63,402 nt of DNA, filler included, from Coriobacteriales bacterium (GCA_031263105.1; 7 parts of 7 records of this genome joined end to end with filler, not necessarily neighbours in it), one strand, 5' to 3'. Positions 49,578-58,121 are shown, numbered from the whole stretch's first letter. Made by a program: numbers and translations. The notes: generated by a model from the sequence alone, not told the origin.

Positions 49578-51597
49578 GGAGCCGCAGCCCGGACAGCAAC
49601 AGCCGGGACACCAGCAGTTCGCGCCGCCGCAGGCGGGAACGGGGCAGCCGCAGTTCGCGCCGCCGTCGGGGCAGCAGGCGTCGCCGCCGCAGCCGGGGCA
49701 GCAGCAGTTCGCGCCGCCGCAGGCGGGGCCGCCGCCGGGGCCGCCGGGGCCGCAGCGGTCTCAGGGCGGCATCTCCCCCGGGCCACATCATATCCATCCC
49801 GCCTTTGTGGTGCTGACAGCTCTCCGCATGCTCTTCGCCATCGTCCTCATTGCCTTTTTCAGCCTGATGGGAGGACTCTCCCCCCTCCTGCGGGAGTTGG
49901 CGGATGACCCCGACTTGCTCGGCCCCGTCATCATCGGCTCCGGAGCGTTCCTTGTCGTGTTCATCGCCCTGATCGCGATCTACTGCCTGTTCTACTACAA
50001 GCGCTTCCTGTGGGAGCTGACGGAGAGCGACATCCATATCTACTCCGGCATCGTATTCAAGAAACAGGTGCACATACCCTTCCAGCGCGTGCAGTCCATC
50101 GACTTCCACGCGGGGATCTTCGACCGCATACTCGGCCTGGTCAAGCTGAAGATCGAGACTGCGGGAGGGGCCGCCAACAAAGGCGTCCTCATCCCCGCCC
50201 TCAAGCTGGGACAGGCGGAGGCGTTTCGCGTCGAGGTGTTCGCCCGCAAGCACTCCCTCAAGCAGGCGCAAAGCGCACAGGCGGCGGCGCGGATGGCAAG
50301 GCCCGACAGTGCGCAGGCCGTCGCCATGACGGGCACAGTGGGCGCTGCGGGCGCAGCCGCGCCGAGCTTCGCCCCGCCGACCGGCGCACCGGTCTCCGTA
50401 CAAGCCCCCAGTGTCGCGGATGCGGTTGTCAGCGACATCGGCGACAGCGCAGCGGCCTTGCGCGGCATCTTCGCGGAAGAGTACCAAGAGAACGCCCCCG
50501 TCGAATACGAGTACGGGCTGAAGGCCCACGAGCTCATCCTCGCCGCGCTTTCGAACGACCAGATACTGGTGTTCTTTGCGTTACTGGCCGGCATCGTCGC
50601 GCAGCTTGGCAACATGCTGTTCTCCCTGTCCGACACGCTCGGTTTCGGCTATGCCACGGACGCCCTCTTCGACTACGCGTTCGACCAGACGTTCGCAAAG
50701 GGTGCCTTCGCCACCATCCTCATCAGCGGGCTTGTCATCTTTGTCCTCACGCTGGTCCTTAGCGTGATCAACAGCGCGTTCTCCTATGGCGGGTTCAAGG
50801 CGCGCCGCCGAGGCGGTCGCATCGAGGTCGAGAGGGGCCTGCTCTCGCGTCAGTACAAGGGTGTCGCAGTGGACCGCGTGCAGTCGGTCGAGCTTCGACA
50901 GGGCTTCATACGGCGGCTCTTGGGCTACGCGGAGCTCAGGTTGCTCACGGTAGACTCGGTCGACCCGAACAGCAGCTCCCAGAACAACAACAAGGCGCTT
51001 CAGGCCGGCGGCCTCGTCGTCCATCCCTTCGTCAAGCTGAAGCGGGCAGAAGAGATCCTCAAAGGACTCGCGCCCGAGTTCAACGGACGTCCCGCAGAGG
51101 CGGAGTACCAGAAGCTGCCACGCAGGTCGTTCCGTCGCGCCATCGTCCGACGCGCCCTCATCCCTGGGCTTGTGTACGTGCTCGGTGCGGCAGCGCTCAC
51201 CTTTATCCTCTCGCTCGTTTTTGACGACTCCGAACCCATCGCACAGACCTTCTTGATAGCCCTGTGGGTGTTGGCCGCCATCCTCTGCGTTGTGTGCCTC
51301 ATCGACAGCATCCTGTGGTACCGTCATGCCGCCTTTGCATACAACCCCACGATGCTGGCCATCCGCAAAGGCTCGTATGGGATGACGACGAGCATCATCC
51401 CGCGCAAGAAGATCCAGTGGGTCGCCGCCCAACAGAACCCGCTCCAACGTCTGTCGCAGGTCTCGACCCTCAGCGCAATGACGGCTGCCGGTGTGAGCGG
51501 GACCTCAACCAACCTGCGCGACGTGGCCACAACCGATGCCGACAAGTTCATCGAATGGATCCGCCCGCGCATAAAAGCTCGACATTCCGCATCCTGA
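49570..51597 (+). CDS. Bacterial PH-domain membrane protein (YdbT-like) with Q/P-rich N-terminus
   Basis: Three bPH_2-type repeats (IPFQRVQSI, RVQSVE..Q, IPRKKIQ...QNPLQR); overlaps the YdbS-like gene. Confidence 0.88.
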   Translation: MSREPQPGQQQPGHQQFAPPQAGTGQPQFAPPSGQQASPPQPGQQQFAPPQAGPPPGPPGPQRSQGGISPGPHHIHPAFVVLTALRMLFAIVLIAFFSLMGGLSPLLRELADDPDLLGPVIIGSGAFLVVFIALIAIYCLFYYKRFLWELTESDIHIYSGIVFKKQVHIPFQRVQSIDFHAGIFDRILGLVKLKIETAGGAANKGVLIPALKLGQAEAFRVEVFARKHSLKQAQSAQAAARMARPDSAQAVAMTGTVGAAGAAAPSFAPPTGAPVSVQAPSVADAVVSDIGDSAAALRGIFAEEYQENAPVEYEYGLKAHELILAALSNDQILVFFALLAGIVAQLGNMLFSLSDTLGFGYATDALFDYAFDQTFAKGAFATILISGLVIFVLTLVLSVINSAFSYGGFKARRRGGRIEVERGLLSRQYKGVAVDRVQSVELRQGFIRRLLGYAELRLLTVDSVDPNSSSQNNNKALQAGGLVVHPFVKLKRAEEILKGLAPEFNGRPAEAEYQKLPRRSFRRAIVRRALIPGLVYVLGAAALTFILSLVFDDSEPIAQTFLIALWVLAAILCVVCLIDSILWYRHAAFAYNPTMLAIRKGSYGMTTSIIPRKKIQWVAAQQNPLQRLSQVSTLSAMTAAGVSGTSTNLRDVATTDADKFIEWIRPRIKARHSAS

Positions 51598-51687
51598 CAG
51601 GAGCTGTCCCCTGTCCTGTCTCAGCTGCCGTAGGGGACGGCATCCTCGACGTCCCGCCGCATAAGGGTCGGAGACGCCCTCCCCTAT
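51596..51687. repeat. GTAG-type REP doublet plus a TGACA..GTCCCC-type palindrome between convergent genes
   Basis: GTAGGGGACGGCATCCTCGACGTCCC (51630) with an inverted partner at 51665-51687. Confidence 0.7.
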
Positions 51688-52238
51688 CAGTGCAGCACCT
51701 CGTCGCCGTGGCCGAGTGCGGTGGCGCCGGTGCGGCACATCTCGAGGACCCTGTACTGTGAGACGGCCTCGACGAAGGCGTCGATCTTCGTCGGCTTTCC
51801 GACGATCTCGAGCGTCATGCTCTTCTCCCCTATATCGACTATCTCGGCCTTGTAGGTGTCGGCGACTCCGGGGATGGTCTCACGCAGGTGCGTGTCGACG
51901 GCGAGCTTCACGAGCAACAGCTCACGCTGCGCGCTGCTGTCCGGGTCGAGAAGCGCGACCTTGCGCACCTCGACGAGCTTCGCGCTTTGGGAGAGTATCT
52001 GCTTGAGGCCGAGGTCGTCGGCATAGGTGGTGACGGTGATGCGCGATATGGCGCTGTCGTGGGTGGCGCTCACCGTGAGGGAGTCGATGTTGAAGCCCTT
52101 GCGCGCGAACAGGCTGGCAACGCGCGCCAACACCCCGAACCGGTTGTCGACGAGCAACGAAACGATGCGCCGCGTCGTCTCGCGCGGCTGCCGTGGCAGA
52201 GCGTCAGCCTCACGTACATTCTCGATGCCCTCGTTCAT
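51687..52238 (-). CDS. ilvN: Acetolactate synthase small regulatory subunit
   Basis: LVDNRFGVLARVASLFARKGFNIDSLTV, RELLLVK, EMCRTGATAL. Confidence 0.94.
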   Translation of the reverse strand: MNEGIENVREADALPRQPRETTRRIVSLLVDNRFGVLARVASLFARKGFNIDSLTVSATHDSAISRITVTTYADDLGLKQILSQSAKLVEVRKVALLDPDSSAQRELLLVKLAVDTHLRETIPGVADTYKAEIVDIGEKSMTLEIVGKPTKIDAFVEAVSQYRVLEMCRTGATALGHGDEVLH

Positions 52239-52269
52239 GCCATACTCCTTTCGGCAGGTGCTTTGCAAG

Positions 52270-52711
52270 GTTACCGCTCACACCCCACTGTCATCCCGAG
52301 CCCCACTGTCATCCCGAGCCCCACTGTCATCCCGAGCCCCACTGTCATCCCGAGCCCCACTGTCATTCCGAGCCCCACTGTCATTCCGAGTCCCACTGTC
52401 ATTCCGAGCCCCACTGTCATTCCGAGCCTGTCGAGGAATCCTCGGGTCCGAGCGCCCGGAAAACGCACCGCGTTCTCAGCGAGGACGGCGCGACAGTCCG
52501 GCGGACTGGGAAACAGCCCAGTGGGCTGTTTCCGGGCGAAGCTGCGAAGCAGCGTATGAGCCCCTGAGCGGGTGATCCCATGGAACCGACAGGCCCACGG
52601 GACGCGAAGCAGCCGACCGGGCCAGTTGGACGCTGCGCGTCCAAAGATTCTCACGCTGCGCGCCCTTTCGGGCGCTTCGCTCAGAATGACAGTGAGAGTG
52701 TGAACAGCAAC
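52270..52711. mobile_element. Large composite family A element with an 8x18-bp array
   Basis: CCCCACTGTCATYCCGAG x8 (52283-52426), several hairpin modules, GTGTGAACAGCAAC end. Confidence 0.88.
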
Positions 52712-52727
52712 GTTTGCAGAGCACACC

Positions 52728-52764
52728 TCCAGATACGCGCTCCAGATACGCGCTCCAGATACGC
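52728..52764. repeat. 13-bp tandem repeat x3
   Basis: CTCCAGATACGCG units. Confidence 0.7.
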
Positions 52765-52817
52765 CCACAAGATTATACTCCCGAACCTTCCGACATTCTG
52801 CTATACTCACACTGATA

Positions 52818-52947
52818 ATTGTTCAGGGCGAGGTGAAACTCCTCACCGGCGGTGATGGGCGGCAGATGCCAGCCACGAGTCCGCGAGCCGAAAGGCAGAC
52901 CCGGTTGGAACCCGGGACCGACGGTACAGTCCGGATGAGAGAACAGT
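52818..52947 (+). ncRNA. FMN riboswitch (RFN element)
   Basis: CAGGGCGAGGTGAAACTCCTCACCGGCGGT...AGTCCGCGAG...GACCCGGTTGGAACCCGGGACCGACGGTACAGTCCGGATGAGAGAA; extended -10 TGCTATACT at 52799. Confidence 0.95.
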
Positions 52948-52965
52948 GTCCCGGTCGGCACCCTC

Positions 52966-52990
52966 GCCCACAGGCCCCTGTGGGCTTTTC
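52966..52990 (+). terminator. Riboswitch expression-platform hairpin
   Basis: GCCCACAGG-CC-CCTGTGGGC-TTTTC. Confidence 0.65.
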
Positions 52991-53009
52991 TATTCTGAAG
53001 GAGGGTGTA

Positions 53010-53612
53010 ATGGCAACCGAAACCGATGCACGACAGAGGAACACGGGACGACACACGCGCTGGAGCGCAAGGCAGCTGGCAACGATGGCGCTGTTCACGG
53101 CACTCTGTGCGGTGTTCGCGTTCATCCCCTTGCCGATCTTCCCACCGGCAGCGCTCTTTGGAATCACCTACGACCCAGCCAACGTGCCTGCCATGCTGGG
53201 CGGCCTTGGCTTTGGCCCGGGGGCCGGCTGCCTTATCGGCGTCCTCGGGTGGATTCTTCACGGACTGCTTTCCTCGGACTACATCGGCGCGCTCATAAAC
53301 ATCGTAGTCGTACTCGCGTTCGTGGTGCCCGGCGCCCTTATCTGCCGCAAATCCAAGACGACCGCACGCCTCGTCGTCGGCCTTGTCGTAGGCAGCATCG
53401 TGAGCGTGGCGGTGATAATCCCCGTGAACCTGGTCATATGGCCGCAGTTCTACGGCATCCCCTTCGATGAGACCCTCACCTACGTGGTTCCCCTCATGCT
53501 GCCGTTCAACGCCCTTAAGGCCCTGCTGAACAGCGTCCTCTCGTTCCTGCTGTACAAGAGCCTGTGGCGCTTCTTCCGGCCGGCCGCAGAACCTGCCACA
53601 GGACAGAGGTGA
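53010..53612 (+). CDS. ribU: ECF transporter S component, riboflavin-specific by context
   Basis: ITYDPANVPA...FGPGAG, LPFNALKA; directly downstream of the FMN riboswitch. Confidence 0.88.
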   Translation: MATETDARQRNTGRHTRWSARQLATMALFTALCAVFAFIPLPIFPPAALFGITYDPANVPAMLGGLGFGPGAGCLIGVLGWILHGLLSSDYIGALINIVVVLAFVVPGALICRKSKTTARLVVGLVVGSIVSVAVIIPVNLVIWPQFYGIPFDETLTYVVPLMLPFNALKALLNSVLSFLLYKSLWRFFRPAAEPATGQR

Positions 53613-53618
53613 GGCACC

Positions 53619-54050
53619 ATGGCGCAGCAGCCACAGCGATTGCAGCGACTGCAGCGGGTCGCCGATTACCTTACCGCCGTCCCCGCGTGGTTCCTGGCAA
53701 CAAGCACAGACGACGAGCCGCATGTGCGCCCCTTCAGCTTCGCCGTTGCCGAGGAGGGCAGACTGTGGTTCAGCACCTCGAGGGGCAAGGACGTATATCT
53801 TGAGTTGACCGCGAACCCCCGCTTCGAGCTCTCGGCCTGGAAGCCCGGGCACCCGTGGCTCGTCGTGCGCGGCAAGGCGGTCTTCGCCGAGCCCTCGGCC
53901 GCTCTCCGACAGGCGGGCTTCGAGCATATGGCGGGCATCGGAGAGGCGCATTCAAGCGCCGACGACGGCCTGCTGGTGTTCTTCTCCGTCGACGAGGGCA
54001 TCGCCCGCATCTGCGACATCGACGGAACAGAGGAGCGCTTCGAGCTGTAG
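53619..54050 (+). CDS. Pyridoxamine 5'-phosphate oxidase-like FMN-binding protein
   Basis: FLAT...PHVRPF...LWFST..GKDVY.EL..NP. Confidence 0.88.
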   Translation: MAQQPQRLQRLQRVADYLTAVPAWFLATSTDDEPHVRPFSFAVAEEGRLWFSTSRGKDVYLELTANPRFELSAWKPGHPWLVVRGKAVFAEPSAALRQAGFEHMAGIGEAHSSADDGLLVFFSVDEGIARICDIDGTEERFEL

Positions 54051-54150
54051 GCGCACATGCATGTAGAGCAGGTTCGGCACAGGGAAGCACTCTCCCTGAA
54101 CGATATGGCAAGGATGGCAAAGACAACGGAACTATCGAAATACGAAAATG

Positions 54151-54722
54151 ATTATTGTTCACACCCCCACTGTCATCCCGACCCCCACTGTCAGATTCCG
54201 AGCCCCCACTGCCGCCCCGGCCCCCCGCTGCCGCCCCGGCCCCCGCTGCCGCCCCGGCCCCCGCTGCCGCCCCGGCCCCCGCTGCCGCCCCGGCCCCCGC
54301 TGCCGCCCCGGCCCCCCACTGTCATCCCGCGCCTGCCGAGGGATCCTCGACCGCGCAAGCGGTCGACTGCGGCCAGAGGGCACCTCGACCTGCGGTCGGC
54401 TGCTCCGCGTCCCGTGGGCCTGTCGGTTCCATGGGCTCACCCGCTCAGGGGCTCATACGCTCAGGGGCTCACCCGCTCAGGGGCTCACCCGCTCAGGGGC
54501 TCACCCGCTCAGGGGCTCACCCGCTTAGGGGCTCACCCGCTGCTTCGCAGCTTCGCCCGGAAACAGCGCACCGCGCTGTTTCCCAGTCCGCCGGACTGTC
54601 GCGCCGTCCTCGCTGAAAACGCGGTGCGTTTTCCGGGCGCTCGGGTCCCGTGGGCCTGTCGGCCCGTCCTCGCTGAAAACGCGGTGCGTTTTCCGGGCGC
54701 TCGGACCCAAGGATTCCTCGGC
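54151..54722. repeat. Large composite family A element (contig end)
   Basis: GC-shifted 18-bp array (54203-54311), 7x16-bp GGGCTCACCCGCTCAG array (54433-54543), duplicated GAAAACGC module. Confidence 0.88.
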
Positions 54723-54845
54723 NNNNNNNNNNNNNNNNNNNNNNNNNNNNNNNNNNNNNNNNNNNNTTAATTAATTAANNNNNNNNNNNNNNNNNNNNNN
54801 NNNNNNNNNNNNNNNNNNNNNNCACAGGGGGCGGGGCACCCGTGT

Positions 54846-54966
54846 GTTACCGTGGGGCGCAAGCGGTCGACCGCAGGTCGCAGGGGCCACTGACCAGCCG
54901 TTGGACACTGCGTGTCCAAAGATTCCTCGGCGGAGCTCGGAATGACAGTGGGGTGTGACGTGCAAC
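54846..54966. repeat. Family A element, internally deleted
   Basis: GTTAC start, TTGGACACTGCGTGTCCAA module, GTGTGACGTGCAAC end. Confidence 0.8.
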
Positions 54967-55065
54967 GCTTCGGGCACCGGCGCAAGGTGTGTCGCGGACA
55001 CACAGGGTTCTTGCGGTATCCTCGTCTCGGTGTTACGCTGTTAGTACACCTAGAGAGGAGACCCT

Positions 55066-55290
55066 GTGAGCACAACCATCACACTGCGGCTTGAAGAGGC
55101 GGAGAAGGGCCTGATTGCCGAGTACGCCAAGATGCACGGCATCGGCATCTCCGAGGCGCTGCGTGAGGCCATGTGGGAGAAGATTGAGGACGAGATCGAC
55201 TTGAAGGCGGCCGAGGAAGCCTATGCGGAGTACAGGAGGAACCCGACCACCTATTCCCTTGAGGAAGTCAACGCGATGTGGGACGCCTGA
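55066..55290 (+). CDS. RelB-like (DUF6290-type) antitoxin
   Basis: TITLRL...EKIEDEIDL...TYSLEEV. Confidence 0.85.
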   Translation: MSTTITLRLEEAEKGLIAEYAKMHGIGISEALREAMWEKIEDEIDLKAAEEAYAEYRRNPTTYSLEEVNAMWDA

Positions 55291-55568
55291 TGGGCTTCGA
55301 TGTCGTAGTCTCCGAAAAGGCCGCCAAACAGATAAAGGAGCTCGGCCGCAGGCAAGGTGAACTGCTGATAGCTTGGTTGATGAAGAACATCCGTGGCACT
55401 GAAGACCCCAGAAGCCGCGGCAAGGCCCTGGTTGGGAACATGAGGGGCCTTTGGCGCTATCGGGTGGGGGACTACCGGATTGTCTGTGACATACAAGACG
55501 ACAAACTCGTAGTCTTGGTCTTGTCTGCAGGACATCGCGGCGAGATCTATGGTGTCAGGGGTCAGTGA
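55290..55568 (+). CDS. RelE/ParE family toxin
   Basis: DPRSRGKALVG...LWRYRVGDYRI...GHRGEIY. Confidence 0.92.
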   Translation: MGFDVVVSEKAAKQIKELGRRQGELLIAWLMKNIRGTEDPRSRGKALVGNMRGLWRYRVGDYRIVCDIQDDKLVVLVLSAGHRGEIYGVRGQ

Positions 55569-55699
55569 CGGCGCAGGATACGACTGACGGCATGGAGATC
55601 AAACAGCTGCCGCAGGCAACAAAAGTCGGCCTGAGAGCATTCTTTGATCGCTTGTGATTGCAGGGCATTCCGGGTTGAGGCAGGTGTGACCGGTGGAGT

Positions 55700-56143
55700 C
55701 GCGGGCTTTTCGATACGTGATGGGCTACGCGTAGTTTCGATTCTCTTCTAGCATCGCGTGTTCTCTTTCAAGAAAATTGCTCAGTGGGCATTCCTCGATG
55801 TCGAAAAGGACGCTGCCCTTGCACGCATGATTGAACATGTGGGTAAGGTAGCCGCTAAAGACGACGTCTGTCAGTTCGACAATGGTTACTGTTCACACCC
55901 CACTGTCATTCCGAGCCCCGCCGAGGAATCTTTGGACACGCAGTGTCCAACGGCAGGTCGGGGGCCCTTCGGCCTGCGGTCGGTCGCTTGCGCGGTCGAG
56001 GATCCCTCGGCAGGCTCGGGATGACAGTGGGGTGTGAACAGTAACCGACAATGCTTCTGGGAATAGCGGGTTTTCAGCATGAGTCGTTCATGTTCAAACT
56101 CTACGTGGTAGGATAGAATCTCGTTGTCATGCACCTGCGACAT
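55700..56143 (-). pseudogene. Small hypothetical-protein pseudogene interrupted by a family A MITE (3' boundary approximate)
   Basis: MSQVHDNEILSY... continues after the MITE as IVELTDVVFSGYLTHMF...SVLFDIEE in a shifted frame, with an internal TAG. Confidence 0.55.
55885..56045. mobile_element. Complete family A MITE (161 bp) with perfect 8-bp TSD CGACAATG
   Basis: TIR GTTACTGTTCACACCCCACTGTCAT; CGACAATG at 55877-55884 and 56046-56053. Confidence 0.92.
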
Positions 56144-56156
56144 AGGGCTACCTTCC

Positions 56157-56372
56157 TCAACCAGCATTCAAGGGCGTGACGTTTAGTTTCTCCCGATACC
56201 GCGCCTCTTCGATCCGAAGCTCGCCTGTTGTGGCGCGGTAGAGCCTGTGCTCGGCGTAGAGCCCGCCCTCAAGCTCGTCTCGCTCCGTTGCCCGCAGATT
56301 CTCGGGGACGCGCACAGACTCAAAGGACTTGCGGCGCTTTTGGTATTCTGCTGTATAGGCGATGTTCGTCAT
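56157..56372 (-). CDS. Small hypothetical protein or fragment
   Basis: 71-codon ORF with AAGG RBS, co-oriented with the adjacent pseudogene. Confidence 0.35.
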   Translation of the reverse strand: MTNIAYTAEYQKRRKSFESVRVPENLRATERDELEGGLYAEHRLYRATTGELRIEEARYREKLNVTPLNAG

Positions 56373-56699
56373 ACCTTTAGCTTCCGAGGAGTGCGGCTGG
56401 GACTACGGCGATCCCGTCTGATCTGCGGTATGCGATCGAGCCGGTCGTGAGCACCACGGCATCGGTGAGCTTTCTGCCATATCCACATGGTAGGCCACTA
56501 CGAGCAAAAGTCAACGATTCCTAGACTTTTGGATTAACAATCCCAACATTTGAAAGTCAACAATCCCAACAAACAGGAGGAGGCAGGCGTGAGATGGTGC
56601 GCAATGAATCAATCGGCGCTTCCCTGATATGTAGACGCTCTTGTCAAGAGGCAATAATGGGGCAACCCCAAGATTTCTTCGAGGGGCTGCCCCTGCCAT

Positions 56700-56900
56700 T
56701 TGTACCACGGCCGGAAGCCTTGATGGCGTGTCTGACTCGACGCACATTCGCAAGTCTGATATCCGCGTGTTGGTTAACGCAATTCCGATGCTTCGGCTGG
56801 GGAGTCTGCCTGTCTAGGGACGCGCATGGCCAAAGACTGCTCGACCGCGCATAGGGAAGCCGCAGATTGCCCCACGCGACACCGTGTCAGCTGCCGGCCG
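56700..56900 (-). ncRNA. Candidate bridge/seek RNA in the IS110 downstream end (boundaries approximate)
   Basis: Stem-loop carrying GCTTCCCTA and TCCCTAG (match the target) and, further 3', ATATCAGAC (matches the circle junction). Confidence 0.6.
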
Positions 56901-56929
56901 GGGGTACAGCATGTTATGTCGGCCTGTCG

Positions 56930-58003
56930 TCAGGCCATGTTCGCCAAAGCCCAGACGAATCCCGCAGCCTCGCGCGCGACAGCGGCGTTGGCCTTGCACG
57001 GGCTCATCTTCCTTGACGCAAGATGAGCCGCCCGATCACGCAGCCGCAGGTTGGCCTTCTTCGCCGCCTGGGCGACCTTTGGCGGGGTGCCGTCGGGAGG
57101 CGCCTGGGCGGAGGGAAGGTACCTGCGGCGGTGGTGCCAGGCGGACTCGACGAGCAGCTTGCGCACGTGGCTGTTGCCGGTCTTGGTGATGGGGCCCCGC
57201 GAGGACGACTCGCCGCTCTCGCTGAGCGAGGGGGCGAGCCCCAGAAACGAGCAGGACGCGCCGGCGTTCCTGAACCTCGAGAAGTCGCCTGTCTCGGCGG
57301 CGACCGAGAACGCCGTGGTGGTCGAGACGCCGCGCAGCAGGCTCAGCCGGGAGACCGGGCCGCGCCATCTCTCCGTCGCTGCCAGCTCGCCTATCGCTGT
57401 GCCCGGGCGCCCCCTCTTGCGCTCTGCCTCCTCCACCGACACCAGGTACTCCGACAGCACCAGCCGCTCCGTCGGCGAGGGAAGCTCCAGGTGCCCCGGC
57501 CAGCGCCTGTGCGCCCTGGCCCGGGCCTTCTTGCCGCCCTCGTAGACTATGCCCTTCCTGAGCAGGAGCTTCGACAGCAGGTGCTTGGCGCGGGTGAGGT
57601 CCTGGCGCACGTCCTCGCGGGCACGGGCCAGGTCGCGGGCGGCCTCGTCGGCCTCGCCCGGCACGTACACCTCGACTATGTTGCCGACAGAGAGCATCCT
57701 GGCCAGAAAGACCGCGTCGCGCTCGTCGTTTTTTATCCTGTCGCCGCAGGGCCTGGGCATCTTGGTGACGGCGCCGACGACGCAGCAGACGCCGGCACTT
57801 TCCAACCTGCGCAAAAGGTCGAACCCGGTCGGGCCGGACTCGTAGGCGCATCTGACCGGCTGGGGAAGCGACTTCACCCATCCGGCGGCGGCGGGGTCGT
57901 AGGCGAAAGACCCTTGGACGATCCCCCCGGTTTCGTGGATCAGAGCCGCAGACTTGATGGAACGCGCATGTACGTCGGGCCCGACACTGGTAGAATAATA
58001 CAT
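56930..58003 (-). CDS. IS110 family recombinase (ORF intact but drifted)
   Basis: G.DVH, YESGPTG, KND..DA (DEDD); GL.PS...SG; ITKTGN..VRKLLVESAW; AVARE. Confidence 0.92.
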   Translation of the reverse strand: MYYSTSVGPDVHARSIKSAALIHETGGIVQGSFAYDPAAAGWVKSLPQPVRCAYESGPTGFDLLRRLESAGVCCVVGAVTKMPRPCGDRIKNDERDAVFLARMLSVGNIVEVYVPGEADEAARDLARAREDVRQDLTRAKHLLSKLLLRKGIVYEGGKKARARAHRRWPGHLELPSPTERLVLSEYLVSVEEAERKRGRPGTAIGELAATERWRGPVSRLSLLRGVSTTTAFSVAAETGDFSRFRNAGASCSFLGLAPSLSESGESSSRGPITKTGNSHVRKLLVESAWHHRRRYLPSAQAPPDGTPPKVAQAAKKANLRLRDRAAHLASRKMSPCKANAAVAREAAGFVWALANMA

Positions 58004-58121
58004 GTTGAGGCCTCCTATTGACTTGTGGTACGACTGTACCGGTTGTTAATTGCAGAACCGATTATGCCGTAATCCACGGATACTCATAGAGGAGGCCTCA
58101 GTTCCTCTACATATTGTCTAG

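Larger units (their letters stand above)
56624..58119 (-). mobile_element. IS110-family element with IS1111-type organisation
   Basis: CT core at both ends, 9-bp sub-terminal IRs ATATGTAGA (56627) / TCTACATAT (58106), TTGACA near the right end, long downstream non-coding end. Confidence 0.85.

Noticed and set aside
52283..52426. 18-20 bp arrays (also 9877, 35920, 45358, 54203, 54433) as CRISPR arrays
   Set aside because: Units are head-to-tail with no unique spacers, derive from the MITE, and no cas genes are present.
52193..52567. (PHCHPE)n His/Cys-rich ORFs as metal-binding peptides
   Set aside because: Translations of the 18-bp repeat array, with no RBS or independent coding signal.
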